Shown in pieces: positions 18,592 to 28,343 of a stretch of 64,000 nt of DNA. Where the stretch lies: the NCBI GenBank assembly GCA_040386755.1, contig JAZKEY010000004.1, positions 263,137 through 327,136 of the forward strand, given 5' to 3'. Position 1 is the stretch's first letter. Each line of letters starts with the position of its first letter. Source of the DNA: Verrucomicrobiota bacterium (GTDB lineage: Bacteria > Verrucomicrobiota > Verrucomicrobiia > Verrucomicrobiales > Akkermansiaceae). The notes under the pieces were generated by a model. That model was not told where the DNA came from and did not search any database. It saw only the letters and a list, made by a program, of their open reading frames with translations. The position numbers and the translations under genes were made by a program.

Positions 18592-21500
18592 ATGAAACCC
18601 CGTTTCCTGTCTCCGTCATCCACCACCACTCTGACCAAATCCTTCCACCCGGCAGCCGCGTTTTTCGCCGGCGTCCTCGCTTTCACCGCGACCGGCCCGC
18701 TTGAAGCCGCCTCCGACACTTGGGACAACGGTGCCGCGGACAACAACTGGCAGTCGGTCAACAACTGGGTTTTAAATGCGACATTTCCCGGACTGAACAC
18801 CAATGTTTACACCAGCACCGAGGACGCGACCTTCAGCGCCACCGGGGCCACCGGCACGGTCAATCTCGGTAACCAAATCAACCTCAGGAGCCTGATTTTC
18901 GGCGTCGCAGCAGGAAATGCGGCCTCGTTCACCCTCGGCGACGCGAATGACGTTCTGAACCTCACCACCGCTGGCGGCGTTACCGTCAATGCCGGTGTCA
19001 CCACCGCGCAGAACATCGGCTCTGCCGGAACCACCATCAATCTTTCCAACGCCTCCGCCGCCTCCGCGACCTTTACCAATAACAGCACGAACCTGCTCAC
19101 GGTCGCCGGCAACGTGGTCGCCAACGGTGCGGGCACGGGCGCGACTATCGCCCTATCACCCCTCCTGACCGTCACCGGCAGCGGAAACACCACCATTTCC
19201 GGCACGGTCTCCAAAGTCACCCACAACGCGCTTCTGAAAACCGGCGCTGGAACACTGACCCTGACCAACGGCAGTTCCTTCAGCGGCGCGGGTGCCATCG
19301 GCTACGTTCCCGCCACTGCCGCCGGCTTTCCGCTGGTGGTGCGCGAGGGCACTTTGTTGCTCAACGGAGGAACACACGCCTCCACCGGAGAGATTGTCAT
19401 TGGCGGCGTCGTGGCAAACGGCGGTGCCGGTCAGAACGCGAAAATCCAAGTCGACTCCGGCTCGATGACGGTGAGTTCGTGGCTTTCCGTCGGCCGCGGA
19501 AACGGTGTGGGTGGAGTCTCATCGGACCTCGCCTTGAACAATGGCGCGACCGTCACCTCCGCCAACTACAGCGGCGGCTTCAACGGGGGCAACGCTGCCA
19601 ATCTCGTCAAGGGTTCGATCACCCTGAATGGAACCTCCATGATGACCGTCACCGGAAATGATGGCAATTTCAACCATGGCGAGTCTACCGGTTCCAACCT
19701 CACCTTGACCCTCAACAATACGGCCACTTTGGTGCACAATGGAGGCGCTTCCGGAACAAAGATCGGCCTCTCCGGTCGTGGTATTCTGAACAACGCCAGC
19801 GTCGGCAGCACGGTCGACGTCCGCAACCTCATCATCGGGCAAGCTGCCAACGGAATCGGCGCGGTGTATAACAAAGGCACCCTGAAAACCGTCAATGACG
19901 GCTATTTCCTCGGAGACGGCAGCGGCAGCTCGAGTTATCTGCGAAACGACAATGCCCTGGCCACCGTGGCGAATGACAATGCGGGCAACCTGGCGGTCGG
20001 TATCGGACTGAACAGCAACGCGGTCACGGACGTCATCAGCGGCAGTCTGTCCGCGACAAGGATCCTTCTCGGCGCGTTCAACAGCAACGCATCCAACGGC
20101 CAGATCAACGTCACGGGCGGCACCCTTTCGAGCGGTGCGACGGGCACCTCCATCACCGACAGCGCGGCCCGTCAGAACAAGTGGGGAAACATCAACGTCA
20201 CCGGCGCCGGTGTCTTCGCGAATCCTACCACCATCAACCTTTCCTCGAGTCCCTTTGCCAACAACACCGGCATCCTCTCGATCGCGTCCGGAGGCACCGT
20301 GACCGCAGACACCATTATTACAAACGGAGCTCTGCCCAATGCCTATGTCAATTTCGACAGCGGCACTCTTCGCGCCAGTTCCGGCACCTCCGCCGCGCTG
20401 ATCGACACCAACATCGACCGGGTCACGGTTTATGGCGGCGGCGGCACCATCGACACCAATTCATTCAACAAGAACATTGACCGCATCATCGCCGCACCGA
20501 CCGGCAACGGCGTGACCAGCGTCGCCATCAGCGCCACCGGCACCGGCTACCTCGGACGCCCGCTGGTGAAAATCACCGGCGACGGAACCGGAGCCACCGC
20601 GATGGCTGATTTCAACCTGGCCACCGGCGAGGTCACCGGTATCACCGTCACCAGTCCCGGTGCGGGCTACACCACTGCGACAGTGACGGTCACCGGAGGC
20701 GGCGGCACCGCCATCACCGCCACGCCGACGCTTTCCGCTCCCACTGCCGGCGGCATCACCAAGGCCAGCGCTGGCACCCTGACTCTATCAGCCGCTAACA
20801 CCTACACCGGCCCCACCCTGGTCAACGGCGGCAAACTCAGCGTCACCGGCTCCCTCGCGAGCAGCAGCGCCGTCACGGTCGCCAACGGGGCGACCTTGGG
20901 CGGCACCGGCACGGTGAATGGCACCACCACCGTTTCCACCGGCGGCATCGTCGAAGGCGGCGTCAACGCGACCGGCAAGCTCAACCTCAGCGGACTCGCC
21001 TTCAACGGCGCTGCCAGCGTGAAGATCGGAACACTCTCCAACTATGCCGCGAGCACCGCCATCGGTGCCGGAGCATTAAGCACGGCGGGCGGTGCGGGTG
21101 CCGTGGTCATCAACATCGCCTCGCTCGGTGCCGCGACCGCTCCCAGCACCTACACCCTCATCGACTACACCGGCGGCTCCATCGGCGGAACTGGTTTTTC
21201 CGGTTTCTCCCTTGCTGCTCTGCCCAGCCGCGCCCTCGGCAGCCTTGTCGATACCGGCAGCCAGATCAACCTGTCCCTCACCAGCCTGGATTTCCTCAAA
21301 TGGACCGGAAACTCCGGGAGTTCATGGGACACGACCACCTCCAGTTGGAAACTCAACTCCAACAACAATGCCACCCTGTACATCAACTCGCCGGGTGATT
21401 CCGTGGTCTTCGACGACTCAGCCGTTCCCAATTTTACCGTGGATATCAGCACGGCGGACGTGAGTCCCACGAGCGTGACGTTCAACAACACCCTCACCAA

Positions 21501-24216
21501 CATTTACTCGCTGGAAGGGACCAATGCGATCACCGGAGTCACCAGCCTGACTAAGAACAACACCGGCATTCTTTCCATCAGCAATCCGAACACCTACTCC
21601 GGCGGGACCATTCTCAACGGCGGCACGCTCAACATCAACAACAACTCCGCCATCGGAACCGGCACGCTCACCATCAACGGCGGCGAACTGGACAGCACCT
21701 TCGGCGGCATCGTCCTGGGAACCAACAACCCCCAAGTCTGGAATGCGGACTTCAACTTCGTCGGAACCGGCGCGCTCAACCTCGGTACCGGAGCGGTCAC
21801 TCTCAGTGCGAACCGCATTCTGGACATCAACGGCGACGCCCCCCTGACCGTCGGCGGGGTGATCGGCGGACCCGGCTTCAGTCTCACCAAAGAAGGTCCT
21901 CAGGCCCTGATCCTCGGCGGGGCGAATACCTACACCGGCGGCACCACCGTCAACGAAGGAATCCTCCAGCTCAACCAGACAACCGGTGCTGCGAACATCG
22001 GGACCATCAACGTCAACGGTGGCTCGCTGGTGTTCAATCCGCCCGGCAACAATTTCGGTTATGCCCCTGCGATCAACCTGACGGTTGACACCACCTTCAG
22101 CAAGATCGGCAACCCGCAGATCAACTACACCGGCACCCTCACCGGCACCGGAAATGATCTGGAGGTCAACACTTCCGCAGGCCGCTTCTACATGAACGCC
22201 ACCGTCAGCGGCATCGACCAGATCAATATCACCGGAGGAGCGATGGGCTTCGACCTCAACGTTGGAAATCGTGCGGGAGGCGCTCCGGTCAACGTCTCCG
22301 ACGGTGCCTCGCTCTGGATGGCCAACGGAACCAACACCGTGGCCAACAACATCACCCTCAACGGTGGAACCGGTCAGGGCGGTACGGGAGCGCTTTTCCA
22401 GGAAGGCAACTCCGTGCAAACCATCTCCGGCGCGATCACGCTTGCCGCCGGGAACAGCCTGATCGGCGGCAATTCCAACAACGGAATCACCAGCAGCGTC
22501 ACCATCAGCGGCGCGGTCGGAGGCCCGGGGTCCCTGACCAAGGCCGGAACCCACAAGTTGGTCCTTTCCGGAGCCAACACCTATCCCGGATCGACCACGG
22601 TCAATGCCGGCACCCTTGCCGCCGGCATCGCTTCCGTTCCGAATGTCAGCGGTGCGTTCGGAAACAATTCCGCAGTGGCACTTGCAGACGTCGCCACCGC
22701 CATTCTCGACATCACCGGCTTCAACACCCAGATCGGCTCGATCACCGGCGGCGGGGCCGTCGGCGGAAACGTAACCCTCGGCGCGGCCACCCTCACCACC
22801 GGCGCTGATGACAGCAGCCCGGCCGCCTACGCCGGAGCGATCTCCGGCACGGGAGCCCTCGTCAAGATCGGCAACGGAACCCAAACCCTTTCAGGGGCCA
22901 GCAGCTACACCGGGGATACCACCATCCATGCGGGTTTCCTGGCCGCCAACCGTACCAATAACAACCTCAACCCGGTCGTCAGTGCCCTTGGAAATCCCCA
23001 GGTCGCGCGCAACATCACCGTCAACTCCGGCGGCACGCTGGGCTTCATCCTAGGTGACACCCTTGGAGGAGCGACCAGTGTCGTGGTTTCCACCCTCGTC
23101 ATCAATGCCGGCGGCCTGGTCACCAACAACGCCGACAACTTCACCAACCTGGGCCCGGTGCTCATGAATGGCGGAGTCCTGACCACGGCCGGCGGAGCGG
23201 TCGGCGGTTACCAATCCTACTACTTCAGCGGTGATGTGAGTGTCGGCGGCTCGACTGCCTCCGCCATCACCGTCACAGCCGGAGGAAATGCCTTCAACGG
23301 ATTCCACTTGGGCACCAACACCACCTTCACCGTCGCCGATGCCACAGGCAGCGCCGCCAGTGATCTCGATGTCACCGCCCCGCTCATCAACCGGAACCAA
23401 TCTCTTGGTGGCAATGGCGGCCTTACCAAAGCAGGTTCAGGAACCATGACCTTGGGCGAAATCAACACCTACACCGGCAACACCGTGGTTTCCGCCGGCA
23501 CGCTGGTCCTGGACACCGCCGGACAGTTGAAGTTCGTGGTCACCACCAATGGGCTGAACAACTCTCTCTCAGGTGCCGGAGCCGCCACACTCAAGGGTGG
23601 CTTCAACATCGACCACTCCGGAGCTGACATTGCCAATGGCAACAGTTGGACACTCGTGGATGTCACCAGCAAGACCTATGACAGCCTCTCCTTCAACATC
23701 CCCGGCTTCACCCAGGCCGCCGATGTCTGGACCAAGGTCGAGGGCAACAACACCTGGCGCTTCCATGAAACCGGCGTGAACGCCGGCAAGCTCACGTTGG
23801 AAGTGGCCACCCCGAGTGGATACGCCACCTGGGCCTCCACCAACGCGCCTACCGGAACCGCCGACGACGACTTCGACAACGACGGAGTGGCCAACGGCGT
23901 CGAATATGTGCTCGGCGGTTTGGCCACCACCAACGACAATGGCAAGCTGCCTGGTCTTGCCTTGAATGGTGGCGACCTCGTGTTCACCTTCATGCGCGAT
24001 CAGAATTCCGAAACACCGGATACCACCGCGAAAATCGAAGTCGGCACCAGCCTCTCCGCCTGGCCCGCCAGCTACGCGATCCCTAACAACCCTGTCGCCG
24101 CCAACCCCGGCGTCACGGTGGTGGATAACGGAAACGGTACGGACTCCATCACGCTGAGAATCCCGCAAGCGCCGGATACGAAGAAATTCGCCCGCTTGGT
24201 GGTGACGATCCAGTAA
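18592..24216 (+). CDS. Large secreted beta-helix protein with autotransporter-associated beta-strand repeats (adhesin-like)
   Basis: Signal peptide; repeated LTKxGxGTLTLxGxNTYTGxTxVNxGxL units; no beta-barrel; C-terminal DFDNDGVANGVEY...KKFARLVVTIQ; likely start ATG 18592. Confidence 0.9.
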   Translation: MKPRFLSPSSTTTLTKSFHPAAAFFAGVLAFTATGPLEAASDTWDNGAADNNWQSVNNWVLNATFPGLNTNVYTSTEDATFSATGATGTVNLGNQINLRSLIFGVAAGNAASFTLGDANDVLNLTTAGGVTVNAGVTTAQNIGSAGTTINLSNASAASATFTNNSTNLLTVAGNVVANGAGTGATIALSPLLTVTGSGNTTISGTVSKVTHNALLKTGAGTLTLTNGSSFSGAGAIGYVPATAAGFPLVVREGTLLLNGGTHASTGEIVIGGVVANGGAGQNAKIQVDSGSMTVSSWLSVGRGNGVGGVSSDLALNNGATVTSANYSGGFNGGNAANLVKGSITLNGTSMMTVTGNDGNFNHGESTGSNLTLTLNNTATLVHNGGASGTKIGLSGRGILNNASVGSTVDVRNLIIGQAANGIGAVYNKGTLKTVNDGYFLGDGSGSSSYLRNDNALATVANDNAGNLAVGIGLNSNAVTDVISGSLSATRILLGAFNSNASNGQINVTGGTLSSGATGTSITDSAARQNKWGNINVTGAGVFANPTTINLSSSPFANNTGILSIASGGTVTADTIITNGALPNAYVNFDSGTLRASSGTSAALIDTNIDRVTVYGGGGTIDTNSFNKNIDRIIAAPTGNGVTSVAISATGTGYLGRPLVKITGDGTGATAMADFNLATGEVTGITVTSPGAGYTTATVTVTGGGGTAITATPTLSAPTAGGITKASAGTLTLSAANTYTGPTLVNGGKLSVTGSLASSSAVTVANGATLGGTGTVNGTTTVSTGGIVEGGVNATGKLNLSGLAFNGAASVKIGTLSNYAASTAIGAGALSTAGGAGAVVINIASLGAATAPSTYTLIDYTGGSIGGTGFSGFSLAALPSRALGSLVDTGSQINLSLTSLDFLKWTGNSGSSWDTTTSSWKLNSNNNATLYINSPGDSVVFDDSAVPNFTVDISTADVSPTSVTFNNTLTNIYSLEGTNAITGVTSLTKNNTGILSISNPNTYSGGTILNGGTLNINNNSAIGTGTLTINGGELDSTFGGIVLGTNNPQVWNADFNFVGTGALNLGTGAVTLSANRILDINGDAPLTVGGVIGGPGFSLTKEGPQALILGGANTYTGGTTVNEGILQLNQTTGAANIGTINVNGGSLVFNPPGNNFGYAPAINLTVDTTFSKIGNPQINYTGTLTGTGNDLEVNTSAGRFYMNATVSGIDQINITGGAMGFDLNVGNRAGGAPVNVSDGASLWMANGTNTVANNITLNGGTGQGGTGALFQEGNSVQTISGAITLAAGNSLIGGNSNNGITSSVTISGAVGGPGSLTKAGTHKLVLSGANTYPGSTTVNAGTLAAGIASVPNVSGAFGNNSAVALADVATAILDITGFNTQIGSITGGGAVGGNVTLGAATLTTGADDSSPAAYAGAISGTGALVKIGNGTQTLSGASSYTGDTTIHAGFLAANRTNNNLNPVVSALGNPQVARNITVNSGGTLGFILGDTLGGATSVVVSTLVINAGGLVTNNADNFTNLGPVLMNGGVLTTAGGAVGGYQSYYFSGDVSVGGSTASAITVTAGGNAFNGFHLGTNTTFTVADATGSAASDLDVTAPLINRNQSLGGNGGLTKAGSGTMTLGEINTYTGNTVVSAGTLVLDTAGQLKFVVTTNGLNNSLSGAGAATLKGGFNIDHSGADIANGNSWTLVDVTSKTYDSLSFNIPGFTQAADVWTKVEGNNTWRFHETGVNAGKLTLEVATPSGYATWASTNAPTGTADDDFDNDGVANGVEYVLGGLATTNDNGKLPGLALNGGDLVFTFMRDQNSETPDTTAKIEVGTSLSAWPASYAIPNNPVAANPGVTVVDNGNGTDSITLRIPQAPDTKKFARLVVTIQ

Positions 24217-24227
24217 ACCTCCCACCC

Positions 24228-24270
24228 AACGCCCCGGCTGGACCCGTTCCGGCCGGGGCGTTTTGTTTTT
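24228..24270 (+). terminator. Intrinsic terminator
   Basis: AACGCCCCGGCTGGA (24228-42)/TCCGGCCGGGGCGTT (24248-62) followed by TTGTTTTT. Confidence 0.85.
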
Positions 24271-24770
24271 CAGAAAGGAAGCCCGGCTTTTCGATAGATG
24301 AAATGCATCAGCCACGCCGGACCGATGAGGAGGAACTGGACGTCCTTCAAAAACGACGGCTTTTTGCCTTCCACATGGTGCCCGAAAAATTGGAACACCC
24401 ACGAAACCGCGAAAATCCCCGCGCAGATTCCCCACAACGGAATCGATACGTGAGAGGAAATGAAACCCACCAGCACCAGACACCCGGCGCTAAAAAACAT
24501 CAACCCGAGTGCCAATGACGGCGACAGGATCACATAATAAATCCCGACAACGATCACCGCTGGCAGCGCCCAATTCGCCAGATTTCCCAACCACGGTTCC
24601 AACTCAGCCAACGGCCCCGGCGGGATGCAGGCAATCAGGCCGAGAATGCTGAAAAAAATCGCGGGCACGCAGATCCAATGGATGATCTCATTGGTCGCAT
24701 TCTGATGGCTGTCGCCGTATTCGGCCAGCAGCCGGTCGATTTTCCGCAGCGATGTTCGTGAAGTTGGCAC
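24270..24770 (-). CDS. DUF962 / Mpo1-like membrane protein (2-hydroxy fatty acid dioxygenase family)
   Basis: EYGDSHQNATNEIIHWICVP and WVFQFFGHHVEGKKPSF motifs; probable GTG start 24770 (ORF track 24929). Confidence 0.8.
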   Translation of the reverse strand: MPTSRTSLRKIDRLLAEYGDSHQNATNEIIHWICVPAIFFSILGLIACIPPGPLAELEPWLGNLANWALPAVIVVGIYYVILSPSLALGLMFFSAGCLVLVGFISSHVSIPLWGICAGIFAVSWVFQFFGHHVEGKKPSFLKDVQFLLIGPAWLMHFIYRKAGLPF

Positions 24771-24822
24771 CGGACAATGAACTAGCCGTTTCAAATCCAT
24801 CATGCAATGCTTCCCGCCATTC

Positions 24823-25905
24823 ATGAAAACTCCCCGGCTTGTATTCGTCGTCCTGATTTCAGCAATGGGTATTTCCATGGCCGATGAAGACCCGCCGATC
24901 AACCGCGCACAATTCATCGGCACGCACAATTCCTATCACATCGCACCCTCGCCGAAGGTTCGCCACTTGATCGAAACAGTCGCAAAGGGCGAGGGCGACG
25001 CCATCAACTGCACCCAGCGCCCCCTAACTGAGCAACTGGAGAAACTCTCCATCCGCCATTTCGAGCTCGATCTCTACGCCGATCCCAAAGGCGGGCTGTT
25101 CTCGAATCCGCTCGCAGCCACCCTCGTCGGAGAAATTAATCCGCATCCTGATCCGCTATGGAAGCAGCCGGGGCTAAAAATCCTGCATAGTCCTGATTTC
25201 GACTTCCGCACCACGGTTCCCACCTTTCGTAAAGCCCTTCAGGAACTCGCCGCCTGGTCCAAGGCACATCCGAAACATGAGCCGCTGATGATTCTGCTAG
25301 AGCTGAAACAGGATTCGTTTTCCCCGAAGACCCGACCGCTGCCGTTTGACGAAGCGCAGCTCAAGACCGTCGAAACGGAAATTCTCGCGGAACTCGCGAA
25401 GGAACAAATTCTAACACCGGATCAGGTGCGCGGCGATTTCCCCACCCTGCACGATGCCGTCACGAAACGCGGTTGGCCGAAACTTTCCGAAGCCGCCGGA
25501 AAATTCATCTTCTGCCTCGATAACGAAGGCGTGGTCCGCGACCGCTATCTCGCGCTTTCACCGGCAAAGAACCTAACTGGCCGATTGCTCTTCACCAGTG
25601 TCCCGCGTGATCACCCGGCGGCGGCGTGGATGAAGCGGAATGATCCGGTCGGCGGCTTCGATGAAATCCAGTCCCTCGTGAAAACCGGTTTCATGGTCCG
25701 CACCCGCGCCGATGGCAACCTCAAGGAAGTCCGCGCCAAGGATTACACCCGTTTCAAGAAAGCCGTGGCCAGCGGTGCGCAATGGATCAGCACCGATGCG
25801 CCCGAGGAAATTCCGGAGTTCCCCGGCTATCGCGTCGGCTGGGAAAACGGTCGAGTGTGGCAGCTAAGGAGCGTGGGACTGTGGCCCACGAAGCCGATGG
25901 AGTGA
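24823..25905 (+). CDS. Exported phosphoinositide-specific phospholipase C-like protein (PI-PLC X domain)
   Basis: Signal peptide; QFIGTHNSYH, IRHFELDL, GAQWISTD; likely start 24823. Confidence 0.8.
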   Translation: MKTPRLVFVVLISAMGISMADEDPPINRAQFIGTHNSYHIAPSPKVRHLIETVAKGEGDAINCTQRPLTEQLEKLSIRHFELDLYADPKGGLFSNPLAATLVGEINPHPDPLWKQPGLKILHSPDFDFRTTVPTFRKALQELAAWSKAHPKHEPLMILLELKQDSFSPKTRPLPFDEAQLKTVETEILAELAKEQILTPDQVRGDFPTLHDAVTKRGWPKLSEAAGKFIFCLDNEGVVRDRYLALSPAKNLTGRLLFTSVPRDHPAAAWMKRNDPVGGFDEIQSLVKTGFMVRTRADGNLKEVRAKDYTRFKKAVASGAQWISTDAPEEIPEFPGYRVGWENGRVWQLRSVGLWPTKPME

Positions 25906-25975
25906 GAAAGCGCTGCGCGAAGCTCATTTCTTTCGCTTCCCATCGACCCGGTGGGCCGAAGTCCCACCCTTACCC

Positions 25976-27667
25976 CTAACGAAACCTCGCATCAAACGAA
26001 CGCAAAGCGATTTCCCCACCACTGAAATCCGGCGGAAGCCCGTCACTCAAATTCCTTCGCTCGGCTACCGGCTTCAACATCTCCAACGCCATGCCTTTGA
26101 ACCTCGTCTGCACCGCACCCAGCGTGTGCTTTCCAAACACCGTGTGCCCTCCCTCATAAGCCTGCTCCTCGTATTCCTCCAATGTCGTGACATAGCCGCA
26201 GTAGCCGTTGGCGTAACTCGCGACCACCACCTCCTCAATCCCACGCGTTGATAGAATTTCCAACAGCGACTTCTCAATACGCCGCCCCGCGATGGTCGTC
26301 ACCTCCCCCGGAACCGCAGCGAACGCGCAATCGCCCACAATCATCAGTTGCAGCGGAAGGACCTGCGGAATCCACGGTTGGTCGCCCAAACTGCCGTTCG
26401 CGTAAAACCGTTTGAAGGCGGCAAGCCCGCCATCCGCCCATCCGGGCAGTGGAAGTTTCCGGATGTCGCGAAACCCGAGAATTCGCCGCTGCCCCGCTTC
26501 GAACAAAATGTCCTTGGGATCCTGGATCCGGTATTTAAGCCGGACCGCCTCGGCAACCGGTTTCCAACGCATGGAAAACAACTCCCATGCTTTCAGTGCA
26601 CGGCTCAGCAGAACGGAGACATCCGCAAGAATCTTCGGCATCCCCGGCCCCTCGCGGGTGCCTCTGGCGAACGCCACGCCATGACAGGCCGGGCCGGTTC
26701 TGGCATCGGTTTCTCCACGGGAAAACTCGGCATCGATGCTCACCTTCGTGAAGTCCACCCATGCCAGCAGAGAGTCGATTTCCACGGGCAGGACTTCGCT
26801 GATAGCAGCACGTGCCGACAACTCTCTCGCCTGCTCGAATTGAAGCCTGCCGTTGATTCGCGAGCTTTCGAAATCGTCTTCATGGCTCCCTCTCGTCCAG
26901 CCCTTCTTCCTGTCGAAAATGAAGTTCGGTGTCACATCGCCCGCGCTGCGTTGGGCGAAGACGGCGACACCCTCATGCTCTTCCATCAACGCCGCCGCAT
27001 GGCCCTTGTTGTCGGCACAGATGCGGTGTTGGTCATTGCTGATGCTGGTGCAATGGACGCCGAAAAAATTCCATGTCGCGATCGGCGTGCCATCGACTCC
27101 ATCAAAGCGGAACAGCAGCATCTGCCGGTCGATGGCCGCGTTCGCATCCTTCTCCGTGACCTTCACCACTTCCGGATTCCTGTTATAAGCCGCGAGGGAG
27201 CGATTGAAGGCCACATCCCGGTCCAGTGGAAATTCCCCGCTGGAGAACTTGATCACCGCAGGCCGAGCGTTTGCGTCCGCTTGAATGATCACCTCCACAA
27301 TGCCATCGACGATGATTTGAAAGACCTCCGGCCCGAATCCGGGGATGGACATGTTATAGAGCGCGTAATGCGAATAGCCGCCGGGACCGCTGTGGGTGTG
27401 CTGGGCGGTCAGCATTACGGCATCCTCAGTGAAACCTAGACCGCCGATCTTTTCCATCACCGCGGTCCTGATCGCCAAAGTGATGAAACAGATTTCCGCA
27501 TTCACCCACGCCACTTTCCCCCGGCCGGTCTTGATGACGACGGCCCGTGCGAACAAAGGGGTTTCTACTTCCTCCACGAACTGGTGGAACAATCCGTAAC
27601 CCATCATCCCAACACCCCGCTTGAATGCGGTGATGCCGGCCTTGGCCGCGCCGATTTGATAGATCAA
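25976..27667 (-). CDS. Neutral/alkaline ceramidase
   Basis: AQHTHSGPGGY, FGVHCTS, AGDVTPN, AVPGEVTTIAGRR, YANGYCGYVTTLEEYEEQAYEGG; TTG start, no signal peptide. Confidence 0.85.
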   Translation of the reverse strand: MIYQIGAAKAGITAFKRGVGMMGYGLFHQFVEEVETPLFARAVVIKTGRGKVAWVNAEICFITLAIRTAVMEKIGGLGFTEDAVMLTAQHTHSGPGGYSHYALYNMSIPGFGPEVFQIIVDGIVEVIIQADANARPAVIKFSSGEFPLDRDVAFNRSLAAYNRNPEVVKVTEKDANAAIDRQMLLFRFDGVDGTPIATWNFFGVHCTSISNDQHRICADNKGHAAALMEEHEGVAVFAQRSAGDVTPNFIFDRKKGWTRGSHEDDFESSRINGRLQFEQARELSARAAISEVLPVEIDSLLAWVDFTKVSIDAEFSRGETDARTGPACHGVAFARGTREGPGMPKILADVSVLLSRALKAWELFSMRWKPVAEAVRLKYRIQDPKDILFEAGQRRILGFRDIRKLPLPGWADGGLAAFKRFYANGSLGDQPWIPQVLPLQLMIVGDCAFAAVPGEVTTIAGRRIEKSLLEILSTRGIEEVVVASYANGYCGYVTTLEEYEEQAYEGGHTVFGKHTLGAVQTRFKGMALEMLKPVAERRNLSDGLPPDFSGGEIALRSFDARFR

Positions 27668-27682
27668 CGGCCCGTGGCCTTT

Positions 27683-28258
27683 CTAACTTTGCGGCTCATT
27701 CCCCGGTTTCCACTTGATGTTGCAGCCGCTGCTGGGATATGGACGGGCGAGCGGTTCCTCGCCACCGAGCATCCGTCGCACCGCCTCGCGCAGATCGCCG
27801 CCGTGGGGTTCGAGCCCGCTGCGTGGCCGGGAGTCGTCGAACTGGCCGGTGTAAAAAAGCAGGCCGTTTTCGTCGAAGAGGAAGAAGTCCGGCGTGCACA
27901 CCGCGCCGTGGGCCTTGGCGACTTCCTGGGATTCATCCAAAAGATACGGAAAATCCCAGCGATGCTCATTGGCGAAGTTTTTCATCATATCCGGGCCATC
28001 CTGGGGGAACCTGCCGAGATCGTTAGAGTTAATCACCACTGTGCTGACGCCATGGTCTGAAATTTCGCGGGCGAACTCCCCCAGCGCATCCGCCAGATGA
28101 ACTACGAAAGGACAGTGGTTGCAGGCGAATACGACCAGCAGGCCTTTTGGTCCGTTCATGCCTTCACGCGGCATCATGTTTCCGTCGGCATCGGGCAAAG
28201 AGAAGTCGGGGGCCGGGTCGCCCGGACTCATTTGAAAGGATGACAGGGTTTCAGACAT
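27683..28258 (-). CDS. Thioredoxin-family (AhpC/TSA-like) protein
   Basis: GDPAPDFSL, FACNHCPFV, CTPDFFLF, GCNIKWK; likely start 28258. Confidence 0.85.
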   Translation of the reverse strand: MSETLSSFQMSPGDPAPDFSLPDADGNMMPREGMNGPKGLLVVFACNHCPFVVHLADALGEFAREISDHGVSTVVINSNDLGRFPQDGPDMMKNFANEHRWDFPYLLDESQEVAKAHGAVCTPDFFLFDENGLLFYTGQFDDSRPRSGLEPHGGDLREAVRRMLGGEEPLARPYPSSGCNIKWKPGNEPQS

Positions 28259-28343
28259 GGAGGCACCATAACACAAATCCCTGAGCCGCAAAACGGTTTT
28301 CCGCCTTTGACGGGTGACAATTCCACTGCGAGCATCCGCCGCC

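Noticed and set aside
18592-24216. Classical type Va autotransporter
   Set aside because: No C-terminal beta-barrel signature or terminal aromatic residue; ends in TIQ
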